Positions 10,293 to 20,365 of a stretch of DNA of 38,731 nucleotides are shown here, piece after piece. The position numbers and the translations under genes are program-made. The DNA is taken from the NCBI GenBank assembly GCA_050251875.1, contig JBFWMA010000012.1, forward strand, positions 7,657 to 46,387, written 5' to 3'. The number at the start of each line of letters is the position of its first letter. The stretch's first letter is position 1. The notes under the pieces are model-generated. The model was not told the origin of the DNA, ran no database searches, and saw only the letters and a program-made list of their open reading frames with translations. Source of the stretch: Deferribacterales bacterium (GTDB lineage Bacteria > Chrysiogenota > Deferribacteres > Deferribacterales > Geovibrionaceae).

Positions 10293-11312
10293 TCATCCTC
10301 TGCCGAACGGGCATATGGGATACACGCATTTTTTGCAGAAATGGCACAGTCCGCCGTGGGCCAGCTTTGCCATGTCCCGTTTGGTTATCTTTTCGCCCGC
10401 CAGAATTCTGGGGAGCAGAATATCCAGACTGGTGGAGTGGAAATGCAGAGCGGCGGCGGGAACGGCGCATACCGTTTTTCCGTTCATATATCCCACAGTC
10501 ATGTTGTTGCCCGGCTGAATGGGCGTTCCCTTCATCTCATAAGCCACTCCGGCGTCCAGAAGAGCCTGAGCGGTGATATCGTCAGGATCCACGGATGTTC
10601 CGCCTGTGGTGATGAGCATGTCGGTTTTTTCCGCCATCTCTTTTACACTGTTTATAATGAGTCCGGCCTCATCGGGGATAACTCTGTAGTCCGTTATCTC
10701 CACGCCGTAATTTTTCAGCTTTTTTTCCAGAATGGGTCTGAACCCGTCTTTGATCTTGCCCTCGAAGACCTCAGTTCCTGTAACCAGAAGCCCGGCGGTT
10801 TTCACGACATAAGGCTTCACAGAGATCAGAGGTGTTCTGAGCAGTTCTTTCATGCTGTCCATCACGCTGTTTTCGCACATCAGCGGGATTATGCGGAAGG
10901 CGGCTACCTGCTTGCCTTTTTCCACGCCCATGTTGTTGTGGATGGTGGGCAGAGACGGTATCCCGAGGTTGTTTATCTCGAAAAGCCTCTCTTCGTCTAC
11001 CTTAAAGAGCCCGCCCACAGCGGCATAAAAGCTGACCTTGCCCTCTGATGTCTCGGAATCGAATGTGATATTTTCGCCTGCGATTATGGGAGCGGCTATT
11101 TTCGCGGCGTCATCCTCATGTATGCCGTCATTTTCGCCGTCCTCTATGAATATATTCCGTCTGCCGAGAGACCTCAGATGTTCGATCTCGTCAGCCTGAA
11201 TGATGTGTCCTCTTTTATAAGCTCTTCTCTTGATTCCTTTTTCCAGGTTCACTTCGGTGATGTCATAGGCAAGCACGCACCCCACTGCGTCTTCTACGGC
11301 TATCTTTTTCAT
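10293..11312 (-). CDS. Molybdopterin-binding (MoeA/MogA-like) protein with C-terminal Cys cluster
   Basis: EDAVGCVLAYDIT, HEDDAA, TGTEVFEGKIKD, TGGTSVDPDD, QPGN; ends GGLCHFCKKCVYPICPFG. Confidence 0.85.
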   Translation of the reverse strand: MKKIAVEDAVGCVLAYDITEVNLEKGIKRRAYKRGHIIQADEIEHLRSLGRRNIFIEDGENDGIHEDDAAKIAAPIIAGENITFDSETSEGKVSFYAAVGGLFKVDEERLFEINNLGIPSLPTIHNNMGVEKGKQVAAFRIIPLMCENSVMDSMKELLRTPLISVKPYVVKTAGLLVTGTEVFEGKIKDGFRPILEKKLKNYGVEITDYRVIPDEAGLIINSVKEMAEKTDMLITTGGTSVDPDDITAQALLDAGVAYEMKGTPIQPGNNMTVGYMNGKTVCAVPAAALHFHSTSLDILLPRILAGEKITKRDMAKLAHGGLCHFCKKCVYPICPFGRG

Positions 11313-11343
11313 TTGTCCCCCACATAAACATATGACTAAAAGA

Positions 11344-11745
11344 CTATTCGTCGTCAGTGCAACAGGTAGTCACCCTTTTAATATATATAGGAATATTTCT
11401 GTCCAGCGCCAGCACAACCCCGTCAGACGGACGGCAGTCCAGCACTTTTTCGCTTCCGGATACCGTCATGTAAAGCCCGGCGGTAAATCTTCCGCACTCA
11501 CAGTCCTCTATCAGCAGTTTGTCGAATGTCACACTCTTCAGACTGTTCATGATAGGCGTCAGGATGTCGTATGCGGATGACGTGCATTTTCCGGCTTCGC
11601 ATTTTCTGGAATGTATGTTTTCCGCCTCTTTTTTACCTATGGGGATGAGAACAGAGCTCTCCGCCTTGTCCACAGGATCCAGCATCATGATATATCTGGA
11701 TGTCAGAGGTTCTTTCACAACTTTATATACGGTTACTTCATACAT
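11344..11745 (-). CDS. Bifunctional nuclease family (DUF151) protein
   Basis: LIPIGKKEAENI...LDCRPSDGVVLAL...PIY resembles the DUF151 DxRPSD motif. Confidence 0.8.
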   Translation of the reverse strand: MYEVTVYKVVKEPLTSRYIMMLDPVDKAESSVLIPIGKKEAENIHSRKCEAGKCTSSAYDILTPIMNSLKSVTFDKLLIEDCECGRFTAGLYMTVSGSEKVLDCRPSDGVVLALDRNIPIYIKRVTTCCTDDE

Positions 11746-11746
11746 A

Positions 11747-13069
11747 CTATTCTCCGTCCGCAGATTTTCCGAGAAGGCTGTTCGGTCTTGCGTGTGTTAT
11801 CAGCACCTTCGCAAAATCACCTATATCAATATGTTTTTTACTTGTGAAGTTTACCACTTTATTCTGGCGGTTTCTACCGCTGAATTGACCGCTGTCTTTT
11901 TTGCCGCGTCCCTCTACCATCACTTCCACAGTCTGACCTTCGTATTCTTTCGATTTCTTAGCCATTATCTGTTTCTGGAGGTCGAGCACACGGGCGAGAC
12001 GCATCTTTTTCACCTCGTCCGGCACATTATCGGCATAGTCAGCCGCTTTTGTCCCCGGACGCACGGAATATGCGAAGGCGAATATGGTCTCGTATTCTAT
12101 CTCTCTCAGAGCGTTCATGGTTCGCTCGAAATCTTCGTCCGTCTCATCCGGGAACCCCACGATGAAATCAGACGACAGAGCAAGCCCCTTCACCGCCTGC
12201 TTCGCCTTCATCACTTTTTCCAGATAGGAGGCGTATGTATATCTGCGGTTCATGGCTTTCAGAACGCTGTCGCTCCCCGCCTGAAGAGGCAGGTGGAGAT
12301 ATTCGCACACTTTTTCGTTGTCTCTCATGACTGCTATCAGATCATCCGAGAAATCTTTCGGGTGGCTGGTGACGAAGCGCACACGGCGTATGCCGTCCAC
12401 CTCGCTCACTCTGTTTATCAGTTCGGCGAAAGATATTCTGCTGTCGTCAGAAAATCCCTTACCGTATGAGTTTACATTCTGACCCAGAAGAGTCACCTCA
12501 CGGGCTCCGCCGTCCGCCAGATATTTTATCTCGTCCATAATCTCTGACAAGGAGCGGCTCTTCTCCCGCCCTCTGACATACGGAACTATGCAGTAACTGC
12601 AAAAATTGTCGCATCCCTTCATTATAGTGACGAAAGACGAGACGGAAACGTTTCTTTTGAAACCGCCTATGGTAAGAGCGCCTTCGTTCACGTCTGTGTC
12701 GCAGACACGCTGTCCGTTTTCCACACAGCCGATGACCTCTTCCAGCCTGTCCAGACCGTCCGTGCCCACCACGAAATCGACATATTTGAAAGACTTCAGG
12801 ATGTTAGATCCCTCCTGCTGCGCCACGCACCCGCAGAAGCCTATCTTCACATCCGGTCTCTGCTTCTTTATCTTTTTGAAGCGCCCTATGGACGAGTCCG
12901 CCTTATGCTGCGGTTTTTCTCTTACACTGCATGTGTTTACTATCAGATAATCCCCTTCGTCCATATCCTCTGTCCGGCAGAAGCCCATCTTGTCGAAGAT
13001 GGCGGCTATACGCAGGGAATCGTATTCGTTCATCTGGCATCCCATTGTCAGGATGAAATATTTCTTCAA
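11747..13069 (-). CDS. miaB: tRNA-2-methylthio-N6-dimethylallyladenosine synthase
   Basis: TMGCQMNEYDS, NTCSVRE, GCVAQ, GCDNFCSYCIVP, LLGQNVNSY, C-terminal TRAM domain; TTG start with AGGAG SD. Confidence 0.95.
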   Translation of the reverse strand: MKKYFILTMGCQMNEYDSLRIAAIFDKMGFCRTEDMDEGDYLIVNTCSVREKPQHKADSSIGRFKKIKKQRPDVKIGFCGCVAQQEGSNILKSFKYVDFVVGTDGLDRLEEVIGCVENGQRVCDTDVNEGALTIGGFKRNVSVSSFVTIMKGCDNFCSYCIVPYVRGREKSRSLSEIMDEIKYLADGGAREVTLLGQNVNSYGKGFSDDSRISFAELINRVSEVDGIRRVRFVTSHPKDFSDDLIAVMRDNEKVCEYLHLPLQAGSDSVLKAMNRRYTYASYLEKVMKAKQAVKGLALSSDFIVGFPDETDEDFERTMNALREIEYETIFAFAYSVRPGTKAADYADNVPDEVKKMRLARVLDLQKQIMAKKSKEYEGQTVEVMVEGRGKKDSGQFSGRNRQNKVVNFTSKKHIDIGDFAKVLITHARPNSLLGKSADGE

Positions 13070-13094
13070 CTAAAACTCCTAGGAATAAAAAAGG

Positions 13095-14039
13095 CTATAT
13101 GATGTATCCGTCTGTCTTTTCCAGTATGTCCAGATAGGCGTTAACACCCTTCTCCAGAGCGGTGAACTCGACATCGCACCCTGTGCCTCTTAAGCCTGTC
13201 AGATCTGCCTGTGTATATTTCTGATATTTTCCTTTCAGTGAGTCGGGAAAGGGTATTTCTGATATCTTGGCGTCAGGATATCTTTTGCGGAAGATATCGG
13301 CTATATCGCCGAAACTTCTGCAATTGCCTGTTCCGCAGTTGTATATTCCTGTCACGTTTTTGTTTTCCATCAGATAGAGGTTCACCTTCACCACATCGTC
13401 CACATAGATGAAATCTCTCAGGAATTCTGAGCTTCCCTCAAAAACCTTGATCTCTTTGGTGTCTCTGTACTGGTTGAAAAAGTGCCTGATGACGGACGCC
13501 ATCCTGCCCTTGTGGTTCTCCTGCTGTCCGTAAACGTTGAAATATCTTAATCCCACGACCTGTGATTCCACGGGATGGGGGAAGCGTCTGACATAGTTGT
13601 CGAAGATGAATTTGCTGAAAGCATATACGTTCAGCGGATATTCGCACTCACGCTCTTCTCTGAAGCCTTTGTCTCCGTTGCCGTATACGGAGGCGGATGA
13701 GGCGTATATAAACCTGATCTTGTTCTCCACGCAGTTGTTGAACAGAGCGCATGAATAGTCGTAGTTATTCTCCATCATGTATTTGCCGTCAGTCTCCATA
13801 GTGTCGGAGCACGCTCCCTGATGAAAAACAATGTCCACCTCGGGCGCTATTTCATCAAAAACATCGAAGAAGCCTGCTTTATCGATATAATCGGTGAACT
13901 TCAGCCTGTTCATGTTCAGGTGCTTTTCGCTCTTCTTCAGGTTGTCCACGATTATTATGTCTTCATATCCGGCGTCATTGAGCCCCTTTACCAGGTTGCT
14001 CCCTATGAATCCTGCGCCGCCTGTAACTACTATCATCAA
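13095..14039 (-). CDS. hldD: ADP-L-glycero-D-manno-heptose 6-epimerase
   Basis: VTGGAGFIGSN, FHQGACSDT, YASSA, PLNVYAFSK, LRYFNVYG..E.HKGRMASV, YQKYTQAD. Confidence 0.96.
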   Translation of the reverse strand: MMIVVTGGAGFIGSNLVKGLNDAGYEDIIIVDNLKKSEKHLNMNRLKFTDYIDKAGFFDVFDEIAPEVDIVFHQGACSDTMETDGKYMMENNYDYSCALFNNCVENKIRFIYASSASVYGNGDKGFREERECEYPLNVYAFSKFIFDNYVRRFPHPVESQVVGLRYFNVYGQQENHKGRMASVIRHFFNQYRDTKEIKVFEGSSEFLRDFIYVDDVVKVNLYLMENKNVTGIYNCGTGNCRSFGDIADIFRKRYPDAKISEIPFPDSLKGKYQKYTQADLTGLRGTGCDVEFTALEKGVNAYLDILEKTDGYII

Positions 14040-15448
14040 TTATCTCCTTTCATCGCGTTTATGGTGGATGTGGTGGAATATCCGTGAACGAAATCTATTA
14101 TCACGGTCTTTTTGGCGAACTCCCTGCCCACCACCTCTTCGGGTTTATAATCGCCGCCCTTCACCAGAATATCCGGTTCAACCGCCTTAATCAGGTCAAA
14201 TGGCGTATCTTCGTCAAATATAGTAATGTAATCTATACATTCAAGTGCGGATAAAACCTCCGCTCTGTCTTCCTCGCTGTTCACGGGGCGGCTTTCGCCC
14301 TTGAGCCTTTTCACGGAAGCATCGCTGTTGAGCCCCATCACGAGTATGTCGCCCAGCTCCTTCGCCTTTTTCAGATAAGTGACGTGCCCTTTGTGCAGGA
14401 TATCGAAACATCCGTTTGTGAAGACTATCTTCCTGTTCAGCGCCTTGTCGCTGTTCACCCTGCGGGTCAGAATATCCAGAGGCAGTATTTTGGATGTGAG
14501 ACCGGAAACTCCGTTCAGCTCGCTGAGAAGCACCGGCGCCGTACCGATCTTAGCCACCACTATTCCGGCGGCTCTGTTGGCGGTGGTTACAGCCTCTTTC
14601 AGAGAATTCCCCTTAGCCAGACACAGCGCCAGCGAGGCCACAACAGTGTCCCCTGCGCCGGAGACGTCAAAGACTTCTCTCGCCTCAGTGGGGAAATGCA
14701 TGTAGTCCTTTCTGCTCACCACGGTGATACCCCTTTCGCTTCTGGTAACCACCAGATACTCCAGACGTATCCTGTCTATTATATCTCTGGCGGCGAGCAC
14801 CACAGCCTCGTCCTCATTGGGAACGGGTCTGCCCGCTGCCTCTGCCAGCTCTTTCACGTTCGGCGTAATTGTGGTAGCCCCGGCGTATTTCGTCCAGTCG
14901 CTGCCTTTCGGATCAACTATCACCGGGATGTTTGATTTAGACGCCAGTCTGATGACCTCTTCGCACATGTCGAATGTGCAGAAACCCTTGCCATAGTCAG
15001 ATATCACCACGGCGCCGCAGTCTTTCAGGTGTTTTTCCACATTGTCCAGACTAACCTGAGCGAAAACGCCCTCCATAGGCACTATCTCTTCGAAATCCAG
15101 CCTGACTATCTGCTGTTTTTCGCCTATCACTCTCAGCTTGGTCGTGGTGGGAGCGTCTGTCAGAGTCAGCTCATAGCTGACGTTTATCCTGTTCAGCATG
15201 TTTTTCAGAATATCAGCGTCAGAATCCTTTCCGCAGGAGCCGATCACCACGGCCTGAGCCTCCAGATGGGCTATGTTGTTGGCAACGTTTCCAGCGCCGC
15301 CCAGCGTCTGGGTGGTTTTTCTGACATTCAGAACGGGAACCGGAGCCTCCGGAGAAATCCTGCTGACCGTGCCGAAATGGTATCTGTCCAGCATCAGATC
15401 CCCGATTATCAGAACCTTAGCGCCTGTAAAGTCATATAATGACATCAA
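14036..15448 (-). CDS. hldE: Bifunctional heptose-7-phosphate kinase / heptose-1-phosphate adenylyltransferase
   Basis: GDLMLDRY, RISPEAPVP, SDYGKG, DVSGAGDTV, FTNGCFDILHKGH, KGGDY. Confidence 0.96.
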   Translation of the reverse strand: MMSLYDFTGAKVLIIGDLMLDRYHFGTVSRISPEAPVPVLNVRKTTQTLGGAGNVANNIAHLEAQAVVIGSCGKDSDADILKNMLNRINVSYELTLTDAPTTTKLRVIGEKQQIVRLDFEEIVPMEGVFAQVSLDNVEKHLKDCGAVVISDYGKGFCTFDMCEEVIRLASKSNIPVIVDPKGSDWTKYAGATTITPNVKELAEAAGRPVPNEDEAVVLAARDIIDRIRLEYLVVTRSERGITVVSRKDYMHFPTEAREVFDVSGAGDTVVASLALCLAKGNSLKEAVTTANRAAGIVVAKIGTAPVLLSELNGVSGLTSKILPLDILTRRVNSDKALNRKIVFTNGCFDILHKGHVTYLKKAKELGDILVMGLNSDASVKRLKGESRPVNSEEDRAEVLSALECIDYITIFDEDTPFDLIKAVEPDILVKGGDYKPEEVVGREFAKKTVIIDFVHGYSTTSTINAMKGDN

Positions 15449-15459
15449 TCAATCTCCCG

Positions 15460-16185
15460 TTATCTCGTTTTCATCTGTTTTAATATCTCTATCTTGCTGT
15501 TGGCGTCCAGATAGTTTTCATCGTTTCTGTCCACTCCGGAGAACCAGTATATTCCGTCCTGAACCACTCCGGCGGAAGGGGTCTCCTCCGCCGAGGCCTG
15601 CTCAAACCTCTGCATTCCTATCTGATAAGCCAGCTCACTTTTCTTGCGTTTTACTTTTTCTGATTCCACAGTGATATTGCCCAGCGCCTCATAAGCCCTT
15701 AACAGCTTGCCTTCGCCGATATACTTTATCGCTGTCTGATACTGTGTCTCCGGCGCTTTGTCCAGAACCACCACAGCGTCACGCTCTATCTTTTTCATCA
15801 GCTCTTTTGCCGCCGGTTTGGACGGAGAGAGCCCCTGTATCTTTTCGGCTATGGAATACGCCTGGGACAGATTCAGCTTGGCCTCTTCCACCCTGCCTTC
15901 CAGAGCCTTGTTTATGCCGTCTTCATAGAGCTTGGTCGCCTCGTTCAGCATATCCTCGCCCTCCACTATCCTTTTCAGCTTAGGGCGCAGGTCTATCGCC
16001 TGTCTGTTCAGGGTGTCCATGCGCAGAGCCTTATCCGCCAGCATAAATGCCTCACGGTATTCGCCCTTTTCATAGAGTCTCTGAGCCTCTCTGGAATATT
16101 TATAGCTCTGGGAGCTGAACGTATAGTACAGCCCGCCCACAACAAGCCCCAGAATGAACAGGGCAATTACTATTTTTTTGATCAT
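15460..16185 (-). CDS. Membrane-anchored helical (TPR-like) hypothetical protein
   Basis: N-terminal TM/signal segment followed by TPR-like helices (AQRLYEKGEYREA...). Confidence 0.75.
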   Translation of the reverse strand: MIKKIVIALFILGLVVGGLYYTFSSQSYKYSREAQRLYEKGEYREAFMLADKALRMDTLNRQAIDLRPKLKRIVEGEDMLNEATKLYEDGINKALEGRVEEAKLNLSQAYSIAEKIQGLSPSKPAAKELMKKIERDAVVVLDKAPETQYQTAIKYIGEGKLLRAYEALGNITVESEKVKRKKSELAYQIGMQRFEQASAEETPSAGVVQDGIYWFSGVDRNDENYLDANSKIEILKQMKTR

Positions 16186-17402
16186 TTTGCCCCTCCTGTG
16201 AGTTTAGCTTTGATCGAAGCGTCTTTTATGCTGTTCAGCATCTTCACCGCCTCCTGAGTCTTTCCCTGACCGTTCAGCGCTATCACGGCGTAGTAGCGGT
16301 CGGTGTCGGACGCGGTTTTTCTGAACATTCTGCCCAGACGGACATATTCGCCCTTCTGCACCAGAACATCGGCTATCTTATATCTATTATCGCACATATT
16401 AAACTTTTCGTCATTCGAGCCGGTATACAGACCGTTGGCATAGATATATTCGCCGTATCCGCACATTCCCGGAAAAATCTTCTTGCCCAGAGAATCAGTG
16501 AACTCTGTCAGCGGTTTTGCGCTGCCGGATTTCGCCAGACAGGCGCCTTTCAGCTTCACGAAATCCACAGTGTATTCAGTGATGCAGTCGTTCACCAGAT
16601 TACAGTCAAAATTCTTTCCGGCGGCGTTATACTGCTCTATGGCTCGGCATGCGTTCGCCTGCCCCAGAGCGTATTTCGACCTGTATTTCTCATATCTGTC
16701 CAGAAACGTCTCTTTGTTGTTCACTGTCCAGTATCTGTCCAGCTCCAGAGCAACGACATCGGCGTCCTCATAAACGTCCCTGATCTTCCAGAAGAGCTCA
16801 TATTCTTTGTTCTGATAGAAATATACTGCGAAGTATCTTTTGGCGGAACCGCTCAGCTTAGTCATATCGAGCGATCCGAAAATTGATTTCACCATCTCCG
16901 GTTTGTCGGCGACACGGTTCACGGCTTTCAGCCTTGTTTCATCCTTCTTCGCCTTTTCCAGAACCAGTTTTATAAACGCCTCATCCACAGGGCATTTTGA
17001 CTCCATGTAGATATCCAGCATCAGATCGTCAGGCTCCGCCCTCACAGCATCGCCCGCCTTTTTGCAGTCGGTGTTGGTGAGGATTATCATGTTGTCCGTC
17101 TTCATCTGTTTCCTGTCGAAACGGCTGTCGGCGGAATTTATAACCTTTTGCAGGTTCTCGTATGATTTGTCATACTTCCTGTCTTTCAGGTAGATGCGGT
17201 AGAGCAGATATCTGGAATAGTCCAGCTTCCGGCTGTCCTTTCCGTCACTGACATATCTCTCGAACCCGCCGGAGGCTATGGTATACAGCCCGTCATTAAA
17301 GGCGTTCAGCCCCAGAATATAGTCATCGTCAGCGGAATACGCCGCTCCGCAGAAAAATATCAGCAGAGAGACGATAATAAGCCGGCTTATTTTTTCAGAC
17401 AT
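16182..17402 (-). CDS. Secreted Cys-rich helical (TPR-like) hypothetical protein
   Basis: Signal peptide (..GAAYSA), YILGLNAFNDGLY.. helix pair, several paired Cys; overlaps both neighbours. Confidence 0.75.
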   Translation of the reverse strand: MSEKISRLIIVSLLIFFCGAAYSADDDYILGLNAFNDGLYTIASGGFERYVSDGKDSRKLDYSRYLLYRIYLKDRKYDKSYENLQKVINSADSRFDRKQMKTDNMIILTNTDCKKAGDAVRAEPDDLMLDIYMESKCPVDEAFIKLVLEKAKKDETRLKAVNRVADKPEMVKSIFGSLDMTKLSGSAKRYFAVYFYQNKEYELFWKIRDVYEDADVVALELDRYWTVNNKETFLDRYEKYRSKYALGQANACRAIEQYNAAGKNFDCNLVNDCITEYTVDFVKLKGACLAKSGSAKPLTEFTDSLGKKIFPGMCGYGEYIYANGLYTGSNDEKFNMCDNRYKIADVLVQKGEYVRLGRMFRKTASDTDRYYAVIALNGQGKTQEAVKMLNSIKDASIKAKLTGGAK

Positions 17403-20218
17403 TCAGCTATCACCTCTATGGGGTGTTTTACATCCTTTTTCGCCAGATGCTCCATCTGCATGGTGCAGGTGGGGCAGTCTGTCACGCCTATTTCGGCGTC
17501 TGATTTTTTCAGTTTTTCGGTCATGGGCTCGCCTATCTGAACGCTCAGATCATAGTTCTCCGCCTTAAGCCCCCAGCTCCCCGCCATTCCGCAGCAGTTG
17601 CTGGCGAGATCCTGAACCTTAGCGCCTTTCAGCTTTTTCAGCATAGTCAGCGAGCTGTCGCTGTCCGGCAGAGCTCTCATGTGGCATGCCTTGTGATACG
17701 CCATTTTCAGATCTGTTTCGTTCAGGTCGAGCCTGTCGAAATATTTATTAACCAGTGTGCCGATGTGTATCAGCTTGGATTTTACCTTCTGCACGAAATC
17801 ATCGTTGGAGAGGAATCCCCACTCCTTATACAGAGACAGTCCGCAGGATGTGCAGGTTGTCACCACATAGTCCGCCTCGTCCAGTATGCGTCCCCAGTCA
17901 CGCTTGTTTGCGTTGATCTTCTCCAGAGCGCCTTCCTTCAGCCCCTTGGACAGGTGCGGCAGACCGCAGCAGTGCTGTTCCGGAACATAAACTTCCATTC
18001 CGGCGGCTTCCAGCACCTTCACCAGAGCCTCGCCCACCTGAGGGCGGACATATCCGGCGTAACATCCGGAGAAATAGACTACCTTGATATCGCCTTTTTT
18101 CGGCTCTCTCTCTTTCAGCCTGTCGAAGAGCGAATTTTTTGCCAGAGGCATGAAATCACGCTCGGCGGACACGCCGGAGACCATCTCCATCATGCTTCTG
18201 GGTGTTTTATATTTCATCAGAGGCTCTATGAGCCATGTGATTTTTCGCAGATTTCTTCCCATGTCTTCCAGCTTGGTGGGTATTTTGTCGCCGAAATGCA
18301 CGCCGAATCTGGAGGCATACTGAGATTTCGCCTCTATGCTCAGCTTGGGGATGTTGACCCCGGAGGGACATTCTATGTGACAGCTTCCGCAGTTCACGCA
18401 GTGGCGGATGACCTCCTGAAGCGCCTCGTCAAAGAGGGCTCTGTCGTCCACGGCTCCGCTTATCAGAGCTCTGAGGATGTTCGCCTTCGCCTTGGGAGCG
18501 GAATATTCGTCACGGGTCACTTTATAAACAGGACACATTCTGGTGGCGGTGGTAACGGTGGTGCATTTGGAGCATCCGTGGCATTTTTCCGCCTCTTCCA
18601 CAAAGCCTTCCTGCCACAGAAGCTGTTTGTCTATTATGTCATTGCTTCTGTAATCCTTGCCGTAACGCAGGAATTTCATCATCTGGTTTTCATCGTGATG
18701 GGTTTTTATCTCCGGGTTAAAGAGATGTTCGGGATCAAGCGCCTCTTTCGCTTTTATAAAAACGTCATAGAGAGCGCCGTACTGCTTTTTGATATATTTG
18801 CTTCTGAGGCGTCCGTCACCGTGCTCCCCGCTGACAGCTCCGCCCAGACGATGCACCAGTTCATACACGCCGTCATCCAGCGTTCTGAGCATTTCTATAT
18901 CGTGGGGGTCTTTCAGATCGAGCAGAGGTCTGGTGTGCAGAAGCCCCTTGGCTATGTGACCGTATATTACGAACTGCGCCTTGTTGCCTTCCAGAAGAGA
19001 ATAGAGCCCTTCGAAATATTCCACCAGCTTATCCGTGGGGACAGCGGCGTCTTCTATCAGCGCCAGAATCTTTTTAGAGCTTTTTATCTTGTAGAGGATC
19101 GGCACGGCGGCCTTGCGCACTGCCCAGAATTTTGCCTTCTCTTCTTCGGTGGCGGCGGTATACATCAGAGGAGAGAGGTTCTGCTCCTCCAGTATCTTTT
19201 TGGCTCTGTCTGCCAGCTCCGCTGTCTCGCTCTCTGAAAAACCGTCAAACTCGAACATGCATACGTTGTCGTATCCGTCCGGAATCGCCTCGTTGAGCTT
19301 GGGGTCTGATTCCTTGGCGAATTTCAGCAGAGATTTATCCATTATCTCGATTCCGGCGGGATTCAGAGGCAGAATAGCCTGTGTCGCCTTAGCGGAATTG
19401 ATTATATTATCGAAATATGCCACCACGAGGCTGTCGTGGGTGGGTTTGTCTTTCAGCCTGAATTTCAGACGGGTGGTGATAACCAGCGTACCCTCAGAGC
19501 CGCCTATCAGCTTGCCCAGATTCAGCCTGCCCTCTTTCACCAGACTTCTCAGGTTGTATCCGGACACGTTGAACCGGATGGACGGATAGGATGACTCGAT
19601 CAGCTCATCGTTTATTTTATAGAGTTCCACCAGCTTTTTAAAAGGCTCGTCCAGCTTTTCATAGGGAATGTGCTCCAGCTCGTTGAAGGTATATACCCTG
19701 CCCTCGGATGTGACAAACTCAGCGTCCATTATATAGTCCGCCACGTTGCCGTATTTCACTGAATGGGCGCCGCTGGCGTTTGTTCCGAACATTCCGCCGA
19801 ATGTGGCGTATTCGCCGCTGGAAGGATCAGGCGGGAAAAAGAGTCCCTTGCCCTTCAGCTCGGCTTCCAGCTCGCCGAATCTGTAGCCCGGCTGACATGT
19901 GAACGATTTCTCTGTTTCGTCCACCTCTACCAGCCTGTTCATATATTTTGCGAAATCCAGAATAATACCTTTGCCTATGGCTGATCCGCAAAGACCGCTT
20001 CCAGCTCCTCTGGAGTGGACGCTCAGACCGTAACGTCTGGCGAAGGCGACCACAGTCACCACGTCTTTCGTATCTCTGGGATAAACCACGCAGGCAGGCT
20101 CCACACGGAATATTGAGCCGTCTGTGGAATGGAGGTATCTCCTGACAGAATCTGTATATACATCTCCCCGCACACTGTCGGAGAGTTCATCGAAGATGTT
20201 TTTGGTAAGCTGAGGCAT
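17387..20218 (-). CDS. FAD-binding and (Fe-S)-binding oxidoreductase (GlcD/YdiJ-type 2-hydroxyacid dehydrogenase fused to GlpC-like CCG domains)
   Basis: RGAGSGLCG, FPPDPSS, GSEGTL, SGEHGDG, CHGCSKC, CVNCGSCHIECP, CCGLP, CCGMAG. Confidence 0.92.
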   Translation of the reverse strand: MPQLTKNIFDELSDSVRGDVYTDSVRRYLHSTDGSIFRVEPACVVYPRDTKDVVTVVAFARRYGLSVHSRGAGSGLCGSAIGKGIILDFAKYMNRLVEVDETEKSFTCQPGYRFGELEAELKGKGLFFPPDPSSGEYATFGGMFGTNASGAHSVKYGNVADYIMDAEFVTSEGRVYTFNELEHIPYEKLDEPFKKLVELYKINDELIESSYPSIRFNVSGYNLRSLVKEGRLNLGKLIGGSEGTLVITTRLKFRLKDKPTHDSLVVAYFDNIINSAKATQAILPLNPAGIEIMDKSLLKFAKESDPKLNEAIPDGYDNVCMFEFDGFSESETAELADRAKKILEEQNLSPLMYTAATEEEKAKFWAVRKAAVPILYKIKSSKKILALIEDAAVPTDKLVEYFEGLYSLLEGNKAQFVIYGHIAKGLLHTRPLLDLKDPHDIEMLRTLDDGVYELVHRLGGAVSGEHGDGRLRSKYIKKQYGALYDVFIKAKEALDPEHLFNPEIKTHHDENQMMKFLRYGKDYRSNDIIDKQLLWQEGFVEEAEKCHGCSKCTTVTTATRMCPVYKVTRDEYSAPKAKANILRALISGAVDDRALFDEALQEVIRHCVNCGSCHIECPSGVNIPKLSIEAKSQYASRFGVHFGDKIPTKLEDMGRNLRKITWLIEPLMKYKTPRSMMEMVSGVSAERDFMPLAKNSLFDRLKEREPKKGDIKVVYFSGCYAGYVRPQVGEALVKVLEAAGMEVYVPEQHCCGLPHLSKGLKEGALEKINANKRDWGRILDEADYVVTTCTSCGLSLYKEWGFLSNDDFVQKVKSKLIHIGTLVNKYFDRLDLNETDLKMAYHKACHMRALPDSDSSLTMLKKLKGAKVQDLASNCCGMAGSWGLKAENYDLSVQIGEPMTEKLKKSDAEIGVTDCPTCTMQMEHLAKKDVKHPIEVIAECLKK

Positions 20219-20253
20219 GTTATCTCCTTAATTCTATGGACATATGTTTTAGC

Positions 20254-20282
20254 ATCTTACAGGTTTTCTCGCTTGTTTTCAA
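20254..20282 (-). promoter_or_regulatory. Putative sigma70 promoter of the long minus-strand operon
   Basis: TTGAAA-N17-TAAGAT; AAGGAG SD before the ATG at 20218. Confidence 0.6.
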
Positions 20283-20330
20283 ATACTACATATAATATTT
20301 GCGGTATATTTTTGCGCAAGTTTTTAACAC

Positions 20331-20359
20331 TTGAAACACCGCCACAGATGCTATATCCT
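20331..20359 (+). promoter_or_regulatory. Putative sigma70 promoter of pdxA (leaderless geometry)
   Basis: TTGAAA(20331)-N17-TATCCT(20354-59)-N6-ATG(20366). Confidence 0.6.
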
Positions 20360-20365
20360 CACCAC

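Noticed and set aside
10293..10295. Other TGA stops as possible Sec codons (MoeA-like gene, mqnE, purQ, rsmA, DHH)
   Set aside because: The proteins look complete at these stops, which abut or overlap the next start codon or promoter; no SECIS-like hairpin noticed.
17681..19237. Long antisense ORFs (also 641..1495, 11519..12469, 29228..30229, 32638..33789)
   Set aside because: They lie opposite well-supported genes and are explained by codon bias; no motifs.
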